A DNA stretch of 64,000 nucleotides from Lama glama (Eukaryota). This document shows positions 49,476-63,226 of this stretch, one piece after another. Where the stretch lies: positions 40,922,001 through 40,986,000 of the forward strand of contig CM052818.1 in assembly GCA_028534125.1 (NCBI GenBank), written 5' to 3'. The notes beneath the pieces are model-generated. The model saw only the letters and a list, made by a program, of their open reading frames with translations, was not told where the DNA came from and did no database searches. The position numbers and the translations under genes are program-made. Each line of letters opens with the position of its first letter. Position 1 is the stretch's first letter.

Positions 49476-52400
49476 AATACAAAGACCGAACAGTCATTCT
49501 GCAACAGTAAATCTTACGAGTGTGACTACAGGTACTGTATTTCAGTATCTCTCACCCATTGTTAGGTGTTTGTCCCTCATGTGATGCTGTGTTCGCCTTA
49601 TGCCACCGCAGGCCTGCTGTTCATGTGGTATTCAAGTCACACAGGCACATAAGTACCTCTGCTGCCAAACGGACACAGGAGAGAAATATGAGCAACAAAC
49701 ACTAAACATGATCCACTAGTCCAGCGGCACACTCTGCAGAGGCTCCCCAGTGGGGATACAGATTCAGGGAGCAGGCACAGGAAAAGGGCAGAGGTGACAG
49801 GTGCTTCTTCTGTTAGCAAATTATGAACGACAGGTTCTTGTGTTTAAAAAATAAACCTCACTGCCTGCAGCATATGGAGGGACCAATCGTTGGTACCTAT
49901 ATGGCCACATTTAACTCTCTATTTGGATGAAGTTTCCATCAGGCCCTGGTGCATCAGACAAAGCAAAGCCCTGGGGAGGTAGTCAGGCCCAGCCCAGGCA
50001 GCAGAACAGGGCATCTTGGCACCACACACTTTTGGTAAAACAGAAGCACACAGAGTGAGTCCATTTCTGCTTGTCATGGCCTCAAATCTCAACTACAGAG
50101 AAGCTCAAATAGCTGCACATCTTGTACCTGACCTTAGACAAGAGGCGGATGACAGGAAGGAGCCCTTCAAAAATGTATCCTCTGGGCAGAGATTGCTAGC
50201 TAACCCCCATTATATAGCCTTCTCTCTCTCCAGGGTGATTGACTTTTTGGCTGGGCATATGGCCATCCAAAATTAAGACTACTCTTCAGTGTCCCCTGTG
50301 GCGAGGTGTCGTCATGAGACTGAGCTCTGGATATGGCTGAGGTGATGTATGCAATTTCTGGGTCTTGCCCTGAAAGGGAAGGGTATATTCTCCCATGTCT
50401 TTTGACTTCTCCCACTAGCTGGAACGTGATGCTGTGGTGAGCCACCTGGGGTCATGTGACTCGCAGCAAGGCCCTTGGAAGAGGCACCAGGAGAAAAGGA
50501 GACAGAGTTCCTAATGGCTCACAGAGCAGAGCTGCCAGGCCAGCCTGGACTTTCCACAAGGGAAAAAAACAATCTTCAGTTGTGCTGAAAACAGGTGAGT
50601 CTCTGTCACACTCAGCTGAACTTTTATCTTAACCAAGGCACGCACATAAACCAACTGAATATATGTATGTGTGTGTGTGTATAAAATCTCCCTCTCACAC
50701 ATACACACTCAGCAGGATGTCAGTGTCTCCTCCAAGGATAGTTACAAATTCAACAGCGTTTTGGTCCTTCAAGGGAGTCATTCATCCATTTGAAAAACAA
50801 ACACCAATTAACATGTGTCCCTAACATGAAATAACAGGGCAGCTTCTTCAATATCTTCGAAATCTTAAAAGCAGACGGTGAGACTGGTTCTTAGGAAAGT
50901 GGTCATCCTTGCTTTTTATATTTTATGTTAATTCTCTGTCAACTGGAATCCTCTGTTAAGAGAGCATTCTTCATTAGTCTGGACACTAAGATTTTTCTCT
51001 TTGGGTGGCTGATCCAGGTGTCTAACGCTACTCAGTCCCAAATGTTCCCACCTCGTCTATGTCCTCATCCTGAAAACCGAAGGGACAATAGCCCCAGCGC
51101 TTTCCTCCGCGGACTCCAGGACATCCCTTAACTCTTCCCACTGGGTCTTATCTTATGTAATATCTCCCAAAGCCAGCTAGATCCTCATCCAGTGAGTTAC
51201 CCTGGCAACCCAGCTGTGTCATCTTGAAATATGTCTCCAGGCACCAGCTTCTGAGTCTGCCAGAGATTTTACTGGGGCCAAGCTGTGAAGTCACAACATA
51301 TTAGCTTTAACACGATGTCATCATTTATTGTGCTCTTGGTAGACATGTCACATTTTTTTAAACGAACATGGATAAAAATAAGTCCTACCTTGACTATGCA
51401 GTGAGTTTTACTTAGAAATCAGACACAGCCTTCTGTTTTCAGAGACCATCTATGTCTTTTATGATCTCCCTCACATTTCTTCTCAAAGAAAATTCTTTCA
51501 GTTCCCACATTTCTCTTGGACAATCTCATTACAAACTCAAACGTAAGCAGCCTGATTTTCCAGTCGTCACACAGCTTGTTCATATTAGACATCTCAAGTT
51601 TTCTATTTTAGACTTTTATTTCATTTCCTCTTTGGGAAAAATAGTGTTTAGGGAAGTTCATTGATGACTCTCTTTTTCTGGCAAGTGCCTCACGTATTCA
51701 CAAGAAAATTAGCGACTTGACTCTGAGAATGGGGATGTTATGTTATCCTGTTCTGTGATGTCGCACCCTGTTTACTTAAACATTCTATACCAAAATGATT
51801 CATTATGAATCTCTATAGGTTTATTATTCTGGATAACACACTATAAAATGTTTCATTTCTTTCATTTATTCTTCAAACTGAATCTCAGGTAATCTATAAG
51901 ATAGAGTCCTTTATTCATTTTTTAATTTGTTCTATCAACCGATTAGTTTTTCTTATGGGGTGCTGGGGATATAGAGATGAGTAAGACACAGTTCCTGTCC
52001 CTGTGGGTGGCTGGGCAGAAAAACTGCTATGATGCTCAAGAGACATGTGGTTCAGGGACATTCATGTCTAGCAGTGATCTAGTGACAGCTCCACTTGGCT
52101 TCTAGAATCTCGGCGTTGGAAGAGAACTTAAGAGGTCGTATGGTTCTCCCCACCATTTTACAGAGGCAGAGACTAAGCCCAGGTCCACTTCTGCCTCTCA
52201 CCTTCCACCTTCGGCCCCTCGTCTCCTCTGCTCAGCCATACTGAAGTCCTTTCTTCTGTCCATGAAACATGGCGTTCACTCCCATATCTGCCCTTTTTTA
52301 TTTGTTTTATCCATTTGCTTTATTTCATTTATTCATTCATTTTAATCCATACCATATTTTATTAATTTACGTATCTCCAGAACAAAGTAGGAGGTGGAGC

Positions 52401-53284
52401 TAAAAAATGTTTGATGTGGTCTCACAAGTGTTCTGAGAAGGTGGCAGGGCAGGGATTCCTAGCCTCTTCAATAAATTGAGACCCTGTGACTTGGAGAGGT
52501 TTGCAACTGGCCCAGGATCACACAATGTATTAGCAGCAGAGTCCTGACCAGGGCCAGGGGCTCCTGGCTCTCAGCCTCATTCTCCTTTGTATTAAGTAGG
52601 ATGCTTTCTCCTACAAGGAACCAAAGATCAACCAAAGGTGGCTTAAACCACAGAGAGTTAATTATCCCACACAACACATGGTCCAGATACTGTCTCAGGA
52701 TTAATTTGGCAGCTCAGGGATATTACCAAGGGCCCAGGTCCTCTCTGTCTCTCCACTCTGCCATGTTCAGCCTGGACTCAGCATCTCCCTTCCCCATTGA
52801 CAGTTAGCTATAGCAATTCCACGAATCACAGTGGACACTACAAACACCGGTATGCTAGTCTCTCTACAAGTGAAGACATCCTTTCCAGAACCCTCTCCAG
52901 TTTCCAGCAGAGCTTTTCTCAGAGCCCTTTTGACCAGGATTGGGGTAACATGCCCGCATCCCAGATGCAAGATGGACCTGGGTTTTTAGCCTCTGTAGGG
53001 GGAAGCAGGCCATGGCCAGAGAGGGAAGGGTGAGGAGAGAATGATGGCCATTGGGAATATAATCAACAGTGTCTGGCAAACTATACAAACTATCCTTCCT
53101 AGTAGGGATCGATCCCCAGTACCGCCATTAAAATAAATAAATGAAGACTTCCATCAGGGATCGTCCATCTAGGGTCCACCTAACTTAGCAAATAGCCCTG
53201 GCACTGGAGCTCAACAGCCTGGGCTTGAATGCCATGCGACACTGGGGAACTTATTGACCATTTCGTGCCTCAGTCTCCTCATTT

Positions 53285-53318
53285 TTTCCTCTCATTTGTT
53301 TTTGGGGGGAAATTGGGT

Positions 53319-53349
<31 letters not shown>

Positions 53350-53460
53350 CCTACCTACCTACCTACGTGCCTATTTATTTATGTTAATGGAGGGACTGGG
53401 GATTAAACCCAGGGCCTCGTGCATGCTAGGCACATGCTCTACCACTGAGCTATACCCGCC
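53285..53460 (-). mobile_element. Vic-1-type tRNA-derived SINE (camelid) inserted in a MIR
   Basis: Minus strand reads ggcgggtatagctcagtggtagagc (A box)...gggtttaatcccc (B box), with a (TAGG)n(TAGA)n tail region. 16-bp TSD ctcagt(c/t)tcctcattt at 53269-53284 and 53461-53476. Confidence 0.85.
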
Positions 53461-56400
53461 CTCAGTTTCCTCATTTGTAAAATTGGAGAGGAATAATAAT
53501 GTCTACCTCATACACCCTTGTGAGGATCAAATGAGTTAATATATGCAAAATGCAGTGCTTGGAACCTGCCACTCAATAAGCATTTCATTAACGTTGACTA
53601 TTATCTATCCATTATTCATCTATGCCTTTAGTCACACTTTGACTTGTTCTAGACAGAACCAAAGGTGCCTGGTGTCTACAATGTCGTTGGTTGTAAAGAC
53701 AACCTGCTCCCTCCCTCCCCACGCCCAGGGTATGACAGTCCCCGGTGCAGACAGCACACTTACAGATTGCATAGGGATAACAGAAACCTTCCGCACCGCC
53801 CACCTCAATATCCAGCATTAGGGTGCTTTGTCTCAAATGGGACCCTGCTTCTCCAGTTCAGCCCTCCGGGTGCCCTGTCAAGGGGAAATCATCTTCTCCC
53901 GGAGCTTTTCTCTGAAGTGTGACCCCTTCGAGGCCGTCACTGTCTGCAGTAGAGGAGCACGGGGAGTGGAAGAATGTCCTCTGCTGGCTTACCTCCCCGA
54001 CTGCTGCGCGGATTCCCGCTGCACCTGCACCTGGGACTGCCTCTTCTCGTCCTCCTTTTCCCCTCTTTCCTCGCAGGAGCGGGGTGGCCGGCCAGCCGGG
54101 AGGGAGCGCTGGCAAAGCCTGGTTCACACGACTGAAAGCCAAGCCAGCTCTCCTGTGAGGGAGGGACAGTGCCCTGGAGCAACCGGTAACTGCAGGAAAG
54201 CCAACAGACCCAGAAGGATCTGTCCTGCACGGTGAGGCCAGCTTCCTCACCCCTGCATTCTTGTCATCAGTCCTGCGGACCCCAGTGATAATGAATGTGA
54301 CCTTGAGCATTAATTGAGCACCTTGAGTGGCAAGCACTTGCAAGGTAAAGATGAAGAATCATTTAACAGCTGTGGAAGCTGCAGACAAGGGACGTGGAGG
54401 ACCCTGTCCGAGAACTCGCAGCTCTTAGGGGAAGAACCCGGATTCAAACTGGGGTGTCTGGCACCAGGGCTGTTCTTTCCACAAAAATAGCTGCCTTTTC
54501 AGCTCTTACTTAACACATATTCTAAGCTCTTTCTGTGTCTCTGATAGAGACATCTAAGCCTCAGACGATAATATACAGAACTTCAGCTCATATCTTTGTG
54601 CCATTTAGTTAAACACACACACACACACACATGAAACACAGGACATCCACCTTGCGCTTTTCCCTGAGCACATTCTGAACTACGCTGATAAAACAACCCA
54701 TTTGTCTTTCAAATCAGAACACGCCGAGCTCGCTTCTTCACTTCAGAGACAAGGGATTTCATCTGCAGAAAACGTGAGCGTGGGATGTGACTGCACAGAC
54801 GCTGCCTGTGACTGCCAGGCCCAGCTGGTCTTTCTGGAACATCCAGTGTCACTGTTTTTACGTTTTGATGAATACACCTCTTTCTCAGCAAGTCTCCACC
54901 CCACTCTTCTCTGTGGAAAGCAGTAGAAACAAAGGCCCAGGACAGACCTGCTCCTGGAGCAAGCAGAAGGCTCGGGGCAGGCAGCTCTGGCTGGGAACTG
55001 GACCAGGATATCAGGATAGGACCTGACTTGTGGGCTGGGGTCGCCTCCAACACTAAAGGGAGGAGGCGGAGAGGATGCCTGGGCAGAGAGGTTACATGAA
55101 GGAAAATTCCAAATGCCCCTGCGTGTTCTGGGAGGTGCCAACCATTCCAAGATCAGGGCCTTGCCCACCTCCTGCTCACCACCTACTCTGTGGAGGCAAT
55201 ATGTTTTTACCCTCTCTGTCTGTCTGTCTTTCCTGGCACCTCAGCCCCCAGCTCCTGCTGGAAGCCTCACCAGACCCTCCCCAGCTCTATTTCCCTCCCT
55301 TCCCGTCCCCTGAGCTCCCAAAGCTCCGAATGACCCATAACCTCACTTAGCTCTTGGGCTGTCACTGCACTTGTCTGCTTGGACGGCTCCATCTCCCTAG
55401 ATGGCCTGGCACCTGCATGGGAGCCCCACCTGCTGCTCCCCTCAGTGCTCTGTGCAGCACAGACAAGGTACAGCCGGCAAACGCTTGACGAACAACTTGG
55501 TCACCTTTGACGTAAGTCATCCGCTCGAGGGCACACTGTGAGCTCCTGCAGCTTCACCCACAGAGTCACTGGGACCACTTACAAGGGGATGAAAAATAAC
55601 TCCTCTTTCCTCATACCGTCCATACGCTGTTTTAAGAGGAATACAACACCAGGTCATCAGAATTTCCATGGTCACGGAACACATCCTGGCAGGAAACCAC
55701 CTGTCAGCCTTGTCCCCCACATTCAGGACTTCAGAGCCTCCTGGCGGTCTGTGCCCTCTGTACTTGGGCCCCACCTACAACTCCACCCTCGCTGTTCCCC
55801 GATACCTCTTTGGTGTTCTGACATTTTAGCCAACATAGAGGCCTGCTCTTCCCCACAGCATCCTCCCGTCCCCCAGCCCTGGACCCTGGCTCAGGTTGTC
55901 CCTCCTCTTAAGACTGTCGTCCCTGCAGCTGCAAACCCTACCTATAGTTCAAGGTATCGTGAAATCTTCAGTGTGATATTTGTAGAGAAATTCACTATGT
56001 TAGACCATCTGCACAGGCCTTGGGACAGATGTTCCTTTCTCTATTATCCTGTAGCATCTACAAGAATCTTTCTATTAGGCTGCAAGGTCTTTCAAGAGTG
56101 AGGGCATTTGGCTCAAACTCTGCATCCTCCATAGCGCTTGGCTACAGACTTTTTATAGACACCACTCGGTCCTGTTTGTTGAAGGTGGATGGCTGCAAGA
56201 GGCCACTGTGGATGGTTGTCTGCATAAGGATTCCCCCAAGATAGCTCAGGAGGCCCCTGGACATGTCATAGACGGATTTAGGCCTATTCTGCAGCTGACC
56301 TCCCCCGTCTCTCCCCAGTGGTGAGAGGACCATGTTGCATGTGTGAGGGGAGAAGCTGTCTCAGAGTTCGGCATAGGACACGATGCACAGCAACTCAGCA

Positions 56401-59400
56401 CAGTCACAAGGAGGGGACCCTAAGCTCCATAACAACGCTAAGGGAGAAACAGAGGAGGGTCCGAGAACCAGTGCAGGTGGAGACACCAGAGTGCACAATC
56501 AGTGAGACAGAGCGCTTTCTGCCGGCAGGTGCTGAATAGTTCACGGGAGGGGAGGGACTGATTTCCACCAAGATGGGTCAATGATCCCAGATCCAAGTCC
56601 CTATGACCCTTTCAAAGGGTCAGAAAAATCCAATACTGTAAAACAGCTTGAGAGATCCAGACATGATTTTGTATCTTCAAGTCCAACCCTATAATAGAAA
56701 TGGGCTGTTTCTTCCTTTTCAACTTTCCAATTAGAAATGGACAGTCCTTTAACAATTAACTGAAGAGAGTAGGTCCTTCGGGCTTTTAAGCTTTTATAAT
56801 CCCATGGGAGTTGAGACACATTCTTTTGGATGTTAATTAGAGCAATTAGGAAATAGTTCCTAGGATAGCCCTCCCCCTCTCCAGAGCTTCTGTTTCCTCT
56901 TTTGTAAAATGGGGGCAAGGTAGACTGAGAGTCTCCTAAAGGGCTCTTTCCAACCCTATCATGGGGGCAGAGAAGTTGAGGTGTCACCTAAGAGCATTCC
57001 TTTGAAAGGCATGGCTGCCATGACCATCAGTATCTCTCTAACTGACACCTGCCCTATCATGGGAAGGCCAAATCCCAAGGTGTGGAAGCCATTCAAAATG
57101 ATTTCACACCCTCTGAGACAGGAGAAGGTTATCATGCCACCCCTCCGGGACGAATGCTGTCTCTAAATGCTCTAAGACATGCCTGCCGTAGCTGGCTATT
57201 CCCTGAGACAATCTCGCTGTAATAAAATGTCTTTGGAGCCTCACACGGGACCTTGTTTTCCCAGAACTGTAACTTTACATTGTCATCTCTTTTTTTTGAG
57301 ATTTCAGACCCCAGCTCTTGTTTTTCACATTCATTCAAGTTGAAGTGCAGCCTGGATCATGTTGGCAAACATTCCAAATGGAAATGAATTCCCAGGTTCT
57401 CACTAAAAATTGCAGTGTCCTCACCCGCCCAATCTGGACAACATTTTGTGTCTTATGTAATGTCTGTTTCCCAAAGGAATTGAAATGCTTCTGTATATAA
57501 CTCCGCCCAACAAATTTTCAATAAGGCCTCCTCCACATGACTGCTTATGAACAAGCAGAATCTAAATCCCTGAAAACCAATCACCCTCAAATCTTTTCTT
57601 GAGCCAAGAGTATAATTTTCAAAATTGATTTGAATCAGATGCTGAGAAGCAATAATGGGCATCTCTGTCACATTTGCTTTTGATAAAATATCTGTCTGGG
57701 GAGCCAGCTCTGGATGCCACAGCCCAAGAGACTGGGCTATTTGGCATCTGGGAGCCTTCCCAGGCCCGGGTACCTAAGATCAAGCCACTGAACAGTCTCA
57801 CCCGAGCAAGAATATTCACTGTTTACAAAGTGCTTTGGTTGGCTCTCACGTGATTAAATGGGCCTCAGAGTATTCTCCCCATTTGACAGATGAGGAATCT
57901 GAGGGCCAGAGTGGTTTGTTGGTTTATTTATTTAACAACCTTTAAGCATAAGACTTTCTTAAGTTCACACGACTAATGTATGGTCCACATCCAGCCTTCT
58001 GGTGAAACCACACTGCCAGACACCGAGAGCAGCATTCTGGGAAAACACTGACAGCAGTGTAGTCACTGCTTTGGGGGATGGAGAGGGGCTCTAACTAGTG
58101 ACCAAGTGAGAAAAGCTCACAGAATTGTGTTGCGAAACCATGATGTCCTTGTTAAGGGACGTGGGGGAGGGGAAACCAAAGTCATAGGAAGTCAGAGGAG
58201 AAAGAGCCTCTTCTGGCTTTGAGAACAGGGAGATCAAAGAGGTTCTTCTTCTACAGAGAAGCTTCTGAGCTATTCCCGGTAGGATGGCTGGGATGGAACA
58301 AGAGAGCTTCTGATGCAGCTGCTTCACTACAGAGCAGACAAGAGAAACTTCCAGGCACTTGCTCTGGAATGTGACTCAGAGGGCACAGGAAGCAGAGCAA
58401 GGAGGGGAGGGTGCTGCTTGCAAGGTGGCCCTGGTGTTCGACCCTGCTGGCCCCAGTCCTGGTCAAGTCTCCTGACTTTCCCATCCCTACAGCTTGAAGT
58501 GAGGGAATGCTACCTCCAAGGTCTGGTTCCTCGGCGACAGTGAACATCAAGTGAGCTAATGGTCAGATGGAAGCACTTTAGAATGATCACGGAGGAAGGG
58601 AAGAAAGGGAAGGAGGAGGTCTATGGGAGGAGCCCTAGCAGGTACGAGCTTTTATCTTCAGCGGTGGTTTTCCAGATGATCTCAGCAGGTCTGCCAAGAG
58701 GTTTTGGTTTGTTTGTTTTGTTTTGTTTCATTGTACTTTTGTTTCAACCTAATGTACTCAATCTGGTGGGCCTCCTGCCAACACTATGCAAAGGGGCTCT
58801 TAAACATAATAGTTGTTCTTTATTCCAGCTTCTGTGATTCTAATTAGTGAGATTTTTGAGTTTCCAGACAGACTGATAGCTCCTCATGTCCAAATCACCC
58901 TTCCTTGGCTTCCTTTGAAGCTCAGCTTCTAAGTCACCTTCCTCACCAGCCCTCCTGGGCTTCCAGGTCCTTCCTCATGTTTCATGGTCCTGATCACAAT
59001 TGTCCCTGTATTATTGATGTGTTTTTTCATATTATAAAACATGTACACCATACACTTGACCTATAGGCTTCTGGATGGCACTGGACCACAGCTATGTGAA
59101 GGCAGGATCTGTGATGTTCTCTGCAGGCCCAAGGCCTACCCAGCACCTGGCACATAAGTGCTTAGGAGAGCGAATGGCAAACAGAGATGCACTGCATCCC
59201 AACGAGACCCTCCCACCCTTATTTCCATGGGGCTCTGGACAAAACACAGCTTCATTAATGGGCCCTGAATGAATCAGAAAAACATCCCCTACAGACTGAA
59301 AACAAATTTCACAAAGTGCGGACTAGACACTTTTGTTCTTGTTTTCTGCCAGTAAAGTTTATTTGAAAGTAGAAGGGAAATTTTCTCCATTTGTCTCGCT

Positions 59401-59639
59401 GTCAGTGGAGACCCAGTAACTCTGCTGCCACGGAAATTAGAATGGTAGGCCTGCCAATGATTACAAGTTTCTTTAGTGATTCTGAACATTTTGGGGGTTT
59501 GCAAAGAACCTTTTATAAATCTGAGGAGAGTTATCCCAAGAGAGCATAGACACAAAATTTTACAAAGAATTTCAGTGTGTGCAGAACTCCTGAAGCTCCC
59601 AGGATACTCCTAGGTTAATTCCCAGGTTAAGGTCTAGGC

Positions 59640-59824
59640 CAGTGTTTCTCAAAATGGATTTTCTCTGCCAGGACTATCTGTGAGGTCTTATTAAGAATTC
59701 AGACACTGGGGCTCTGCCCTAGGCTGAGTTAAATAGCAGCTCTCTGAGGAAGGGGCCCAGAAATCTGCCAATTGAGCAGTTGGCCCAAGTGATTTTGATA
59801 CACATTCAAGTTTGAGAGCCACTG
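59640..59824. mobile_element. MER5B-like hAT MITE
   Basis: Terminal inverted repeats cagtgtttctcaaa ... tttgagagccactg. Confidence 0.7.
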
Positions 59825-61734
59825 ATAGAGATCAGTTTTTTCATTTGCACAGATGATGAAGCTGAGAATCAGAGAGACAAAGTCACTTGTCCAAAGTCTT
59901 ACAGTCAACAGGGCAAAACTAGATGCACATGTTTTATTTTATATTCTATAAAACCAAGATTATGTACCTAAAATCCTACATTTCTTATATTTTTATATAG
60001 CTTTCAGGAGTTTCCAGAAGCATTTCTTTTCCTCCTAACAGTAGGTTTTTAAACAAAAGAATACAATTTGAGAGTAAAATTCTAAAACCATACAGAGAAA
60101 GAGAATTTGGTAATAATACTTTATTAACTAGAAAATCTTTCTTATTCTATCAAAATGTCTTTATCATCAAGATATCATTTAGGTGCTCCTGATTCTATGA
60201 TATCATTTATTCTTATTTTGTTTTAATACATGTCTCTGAGTAGTTATATCAATGGACTTTTGGTGAATAGATTTATATTTTCTAGCTGTAGGCCTAGAAA
60301 ATTTCTCATTGAATGGAACTCCACCAATATATTTTGTTGTCACTAAACATGATTTTGTGAAGGGAAAAGCAATATACAAAAAAATAAGATGACATTCCAG
60401 CTCTACCAGACTCTGAGCTTACCGAGGGCAAGGCCCGGGACAGTGTCTGTCCTACCGAAAGCACCAAAGAAACGGGTCTTGAGTGAATGAACGAATAAAC
60501 ATGATCTTTGGTGGATAAGCTGCAAGTGCATTTTCTAATGACCAAATTACAGAAGCTCTTCAGGAAATGAGGGACACCAAGTGGTTGGTAGGACTGAATA
60601 AAGAAGGTTTTGAATGCTTCATCCTGTCGGGTAGCACAGAACACGGAGCAGGGAGTGGCCTTTGTGTTGGAGAGGACACAGAGCTCAGGGTCTAAGAACC
60701 TATGAAAGAAATAGGGCTGGCATAGCCTCGTGGTGAGCCCTGCTTCCCTGAAAAGCATGGCAGACAACACTGTTTGATTCAGGCACTTTTTCCTTTTGAA
60801 CCTCCACTGAGTCTCCCTTCATCCTCTGAAGACCATTCTATGCTGCCGTTGGCTTTGACACGTGAAGCAAAACCTATTTACCACCTTGGCTCTCTGAGAG
60901 TCAGTGAGGAGGCCATCAACTGTGATGGCAAAAACGCCTTGTTACAGGTTGCAAGTCATTTCCACGTCCCTTCTTTCCTCTGGGATTCCACCACTGAGGT
61001 GCCAGGACAGGGTTTATTATTTCCATCATGCAGATAAGGAAGCAGATTCAGAGAGGCCGAGATCTGGCAAACACAGCACAGCAAGGACCGAACCTCAAGG
61101 CTGTCAGACTCAGAATCCTATAATCTTTTTAAACGAACCCCCTTTTCCACTCCACGTGAACCCACCTGAATGGTCCTGATGCAAACAATCCTGAAAGTCA
61201 GATTCCAAACAAATATCAAAACCCACTAAGTGCTTCGCAGGATTCTGCCAGGTTTGTTACTTGATTTCTTTGGCTTTGATGTCATAGGCACTAAATGACA
61301 CGGGAGTGGTATCACCCGTCCAAGAAGAGGACCTGGGACAGGGACACTTCCTCCCTCCTGCAGTTGCTTGCTTTTCCCCGGGGTTGGTTTTCTTTTAAAA
61401 TTACATTTAAAATTCTCTAAAAGTACAGTTCAGACTGCAAACTCTCAACCTTAGTTTGTGATCTTCACTTAGCAGTCGCTCTGATGGTTGGAAACAGGAA
61501 GTTCTCATGGGGGAGATGTCAGGTTCTTGGTTCTTGGTGACAGAATGCAAAATCTCTCTCCTCAGCCTCTCAGCAGCAGTGCTGTGGTCTGGATGGTGAG
61601 ACATCTGCAGGGGTGCGGACACCCCTGTGTGTGCCAGATGGGGCAGAGCACCCCTGACAGAAGGCGTCCTTGCATCAGATACAGAGGGCGCTGCGTGTGC
61701 ACGCGAAAAGTTCAGAGCAGAGAAGGAACGGGCA

Positions 61735-62121
61735 CTGTTCTAATTTGTTAGGGCTGCCATAGCAAGGGCCACAGACTGGGTGGCTTAAACAATAAACGTG
61801 TATTTCCTCACAGGTCTGGAGGGGGGAAGTCCAAGATCAAGGTGTTGCTAAGACTCTTTCTTCTGAAAAGCACTCTTTGGTTTGTAGATGACCACCACTG
61901 CCCTGTATCTTCATGTGATCTTTCTTCTGTTCACATCTGAATCCTAACTGCCTCTTTTTATAGGACACCTGTCATACTGGACTAGTGCCTGCCCTAATGA
62001 CCTCATTTTAACTTAATTACCTCTTTAAAGTCCCTCTCTACAGATACAGTCACATACTGACATACTGGAGATGAAAACATCCACCTGTGAATTTTGCGGG
62101 GACACAGTTCAGCCTATCACA
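61735..62121 (-). mobile_element. MLT1B-like MaLR solo LTR
   Basis: agggctgccatagcaa...cacagactgggtggcttaaacaa...ggggacacagttcagcctatcaca. Confidence 0.8.
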
Positions 62122-62513
62122 GGTACCAAGCTTGTGAAATGTAAAACTTATCTATTCAGAGACATTTTATCTTCTGAAAGGCTAGGAGAAAAATCCTCCT
62201 CCTTTCATCACTGCGTTAATTAACTCATTATTTTATATCCCATTTTGAAATTAACCTCTCCTTTCCACTCTTGCCCCACCAGCTAGCATTTAGGTCATTC
62301 TGCCTTGTGCTGTGGTTAACTGTGTCTTTCCGATCAGCCTGTGAGATTCTGGAGAACTGGCAGGACCGGAGAAGGAGACACACAGCTGGCATTTAATACA
62401 ATTCACTCACCAAACACTGGTGCTTGCTCTGTGGCAGGCCCTCCACTCACCACTGGGTCCCACCCTGATTGTAAGGAGGTGACTGCTGTCTATCTGACCA
62501 AGAATGAAACCTG

Positions 62514-63226
62514 TGAACTGGGGCCCCACAGGGTTAACGGAAGCCGGCCTCTTAACAGAAATCCTTTACTTACAGAACAGCAGATAAGGAAACAGCTTGT
62601 TAAAAACCCCTCTGCTTGTAACCTGCCTTTACTGATTAAGCTTCTTTTAGCTATTTTTTCCCCTTCTTTAATTGCATATCCCTCAAGCTTCACATAGCTA
62701 GGTAATACATCACAAGACTTCTTAGCCAACCCTATAGATAACGCCTCTGACGTATGGGTCACCATAGCAACGGGCACTTAAGTTGTTTTCCAGAAACTTG
62801 GAGTCAGCTCCTCTCCAGTTCAAGCTGGCTAACGCTGGTTGGGACCAATGACCCTAAAACTGGATCAGCAGTTGTCTAATAAATAACCTTTTGATGTCAG
62901 AGGGCCAAAACTTCCACCCTCAGATCATGCTAAATATCTCCATTTTTGAACGTGCATCTCACGAAGCAGCATGTAACCCAGACGCGTCTGTGCAGAACAG
63001 TGATGCCCTCACCTTTTCCCTGCCGCCAATCACCTTTCCCCATGCCCAGGATCACCTTGCTTCTTTAGCCCGTAAATGTCTCAAGCCCCTTGCCTGCGGG
63101 AGGCGGGTCTGAGGCTCGTCCTCCTCACTTGGCTGCCGTGTGAATAAGCTCTTTCTCTACTACAAACCTTGGCACCTCGGCATTTGGCTTGCTGAGTGTT
63201 GGGCAAATGAGCCTGGCTGGGTAACA
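62514..63226 (+). mobile_element. Solo ERV1 LTR (MER41-like) with perfect 4-bp TSD
   Basis: TG...GGTAACA termini, CCTG at 62510-62513 and 63227-63230. Internal tgatgtcagagggccaaaacttccaccctcagatcatgctaa resembles MER41-type LTRs. Confidence 0.78.

Noticed and set aside
53385..53460. tRNA-like sequence on the minus strand
   Set aside because: It is the head of a SINE, with a tail and TSD, not a tRNA gene.
62786..62796. Possible STAT1 GAS site in the MER41-like LTR (ttccagaaa)
   Set aside because: Does not fit TTCNNNGAA exactly, so an interferon-inducible enhancer is not supported.
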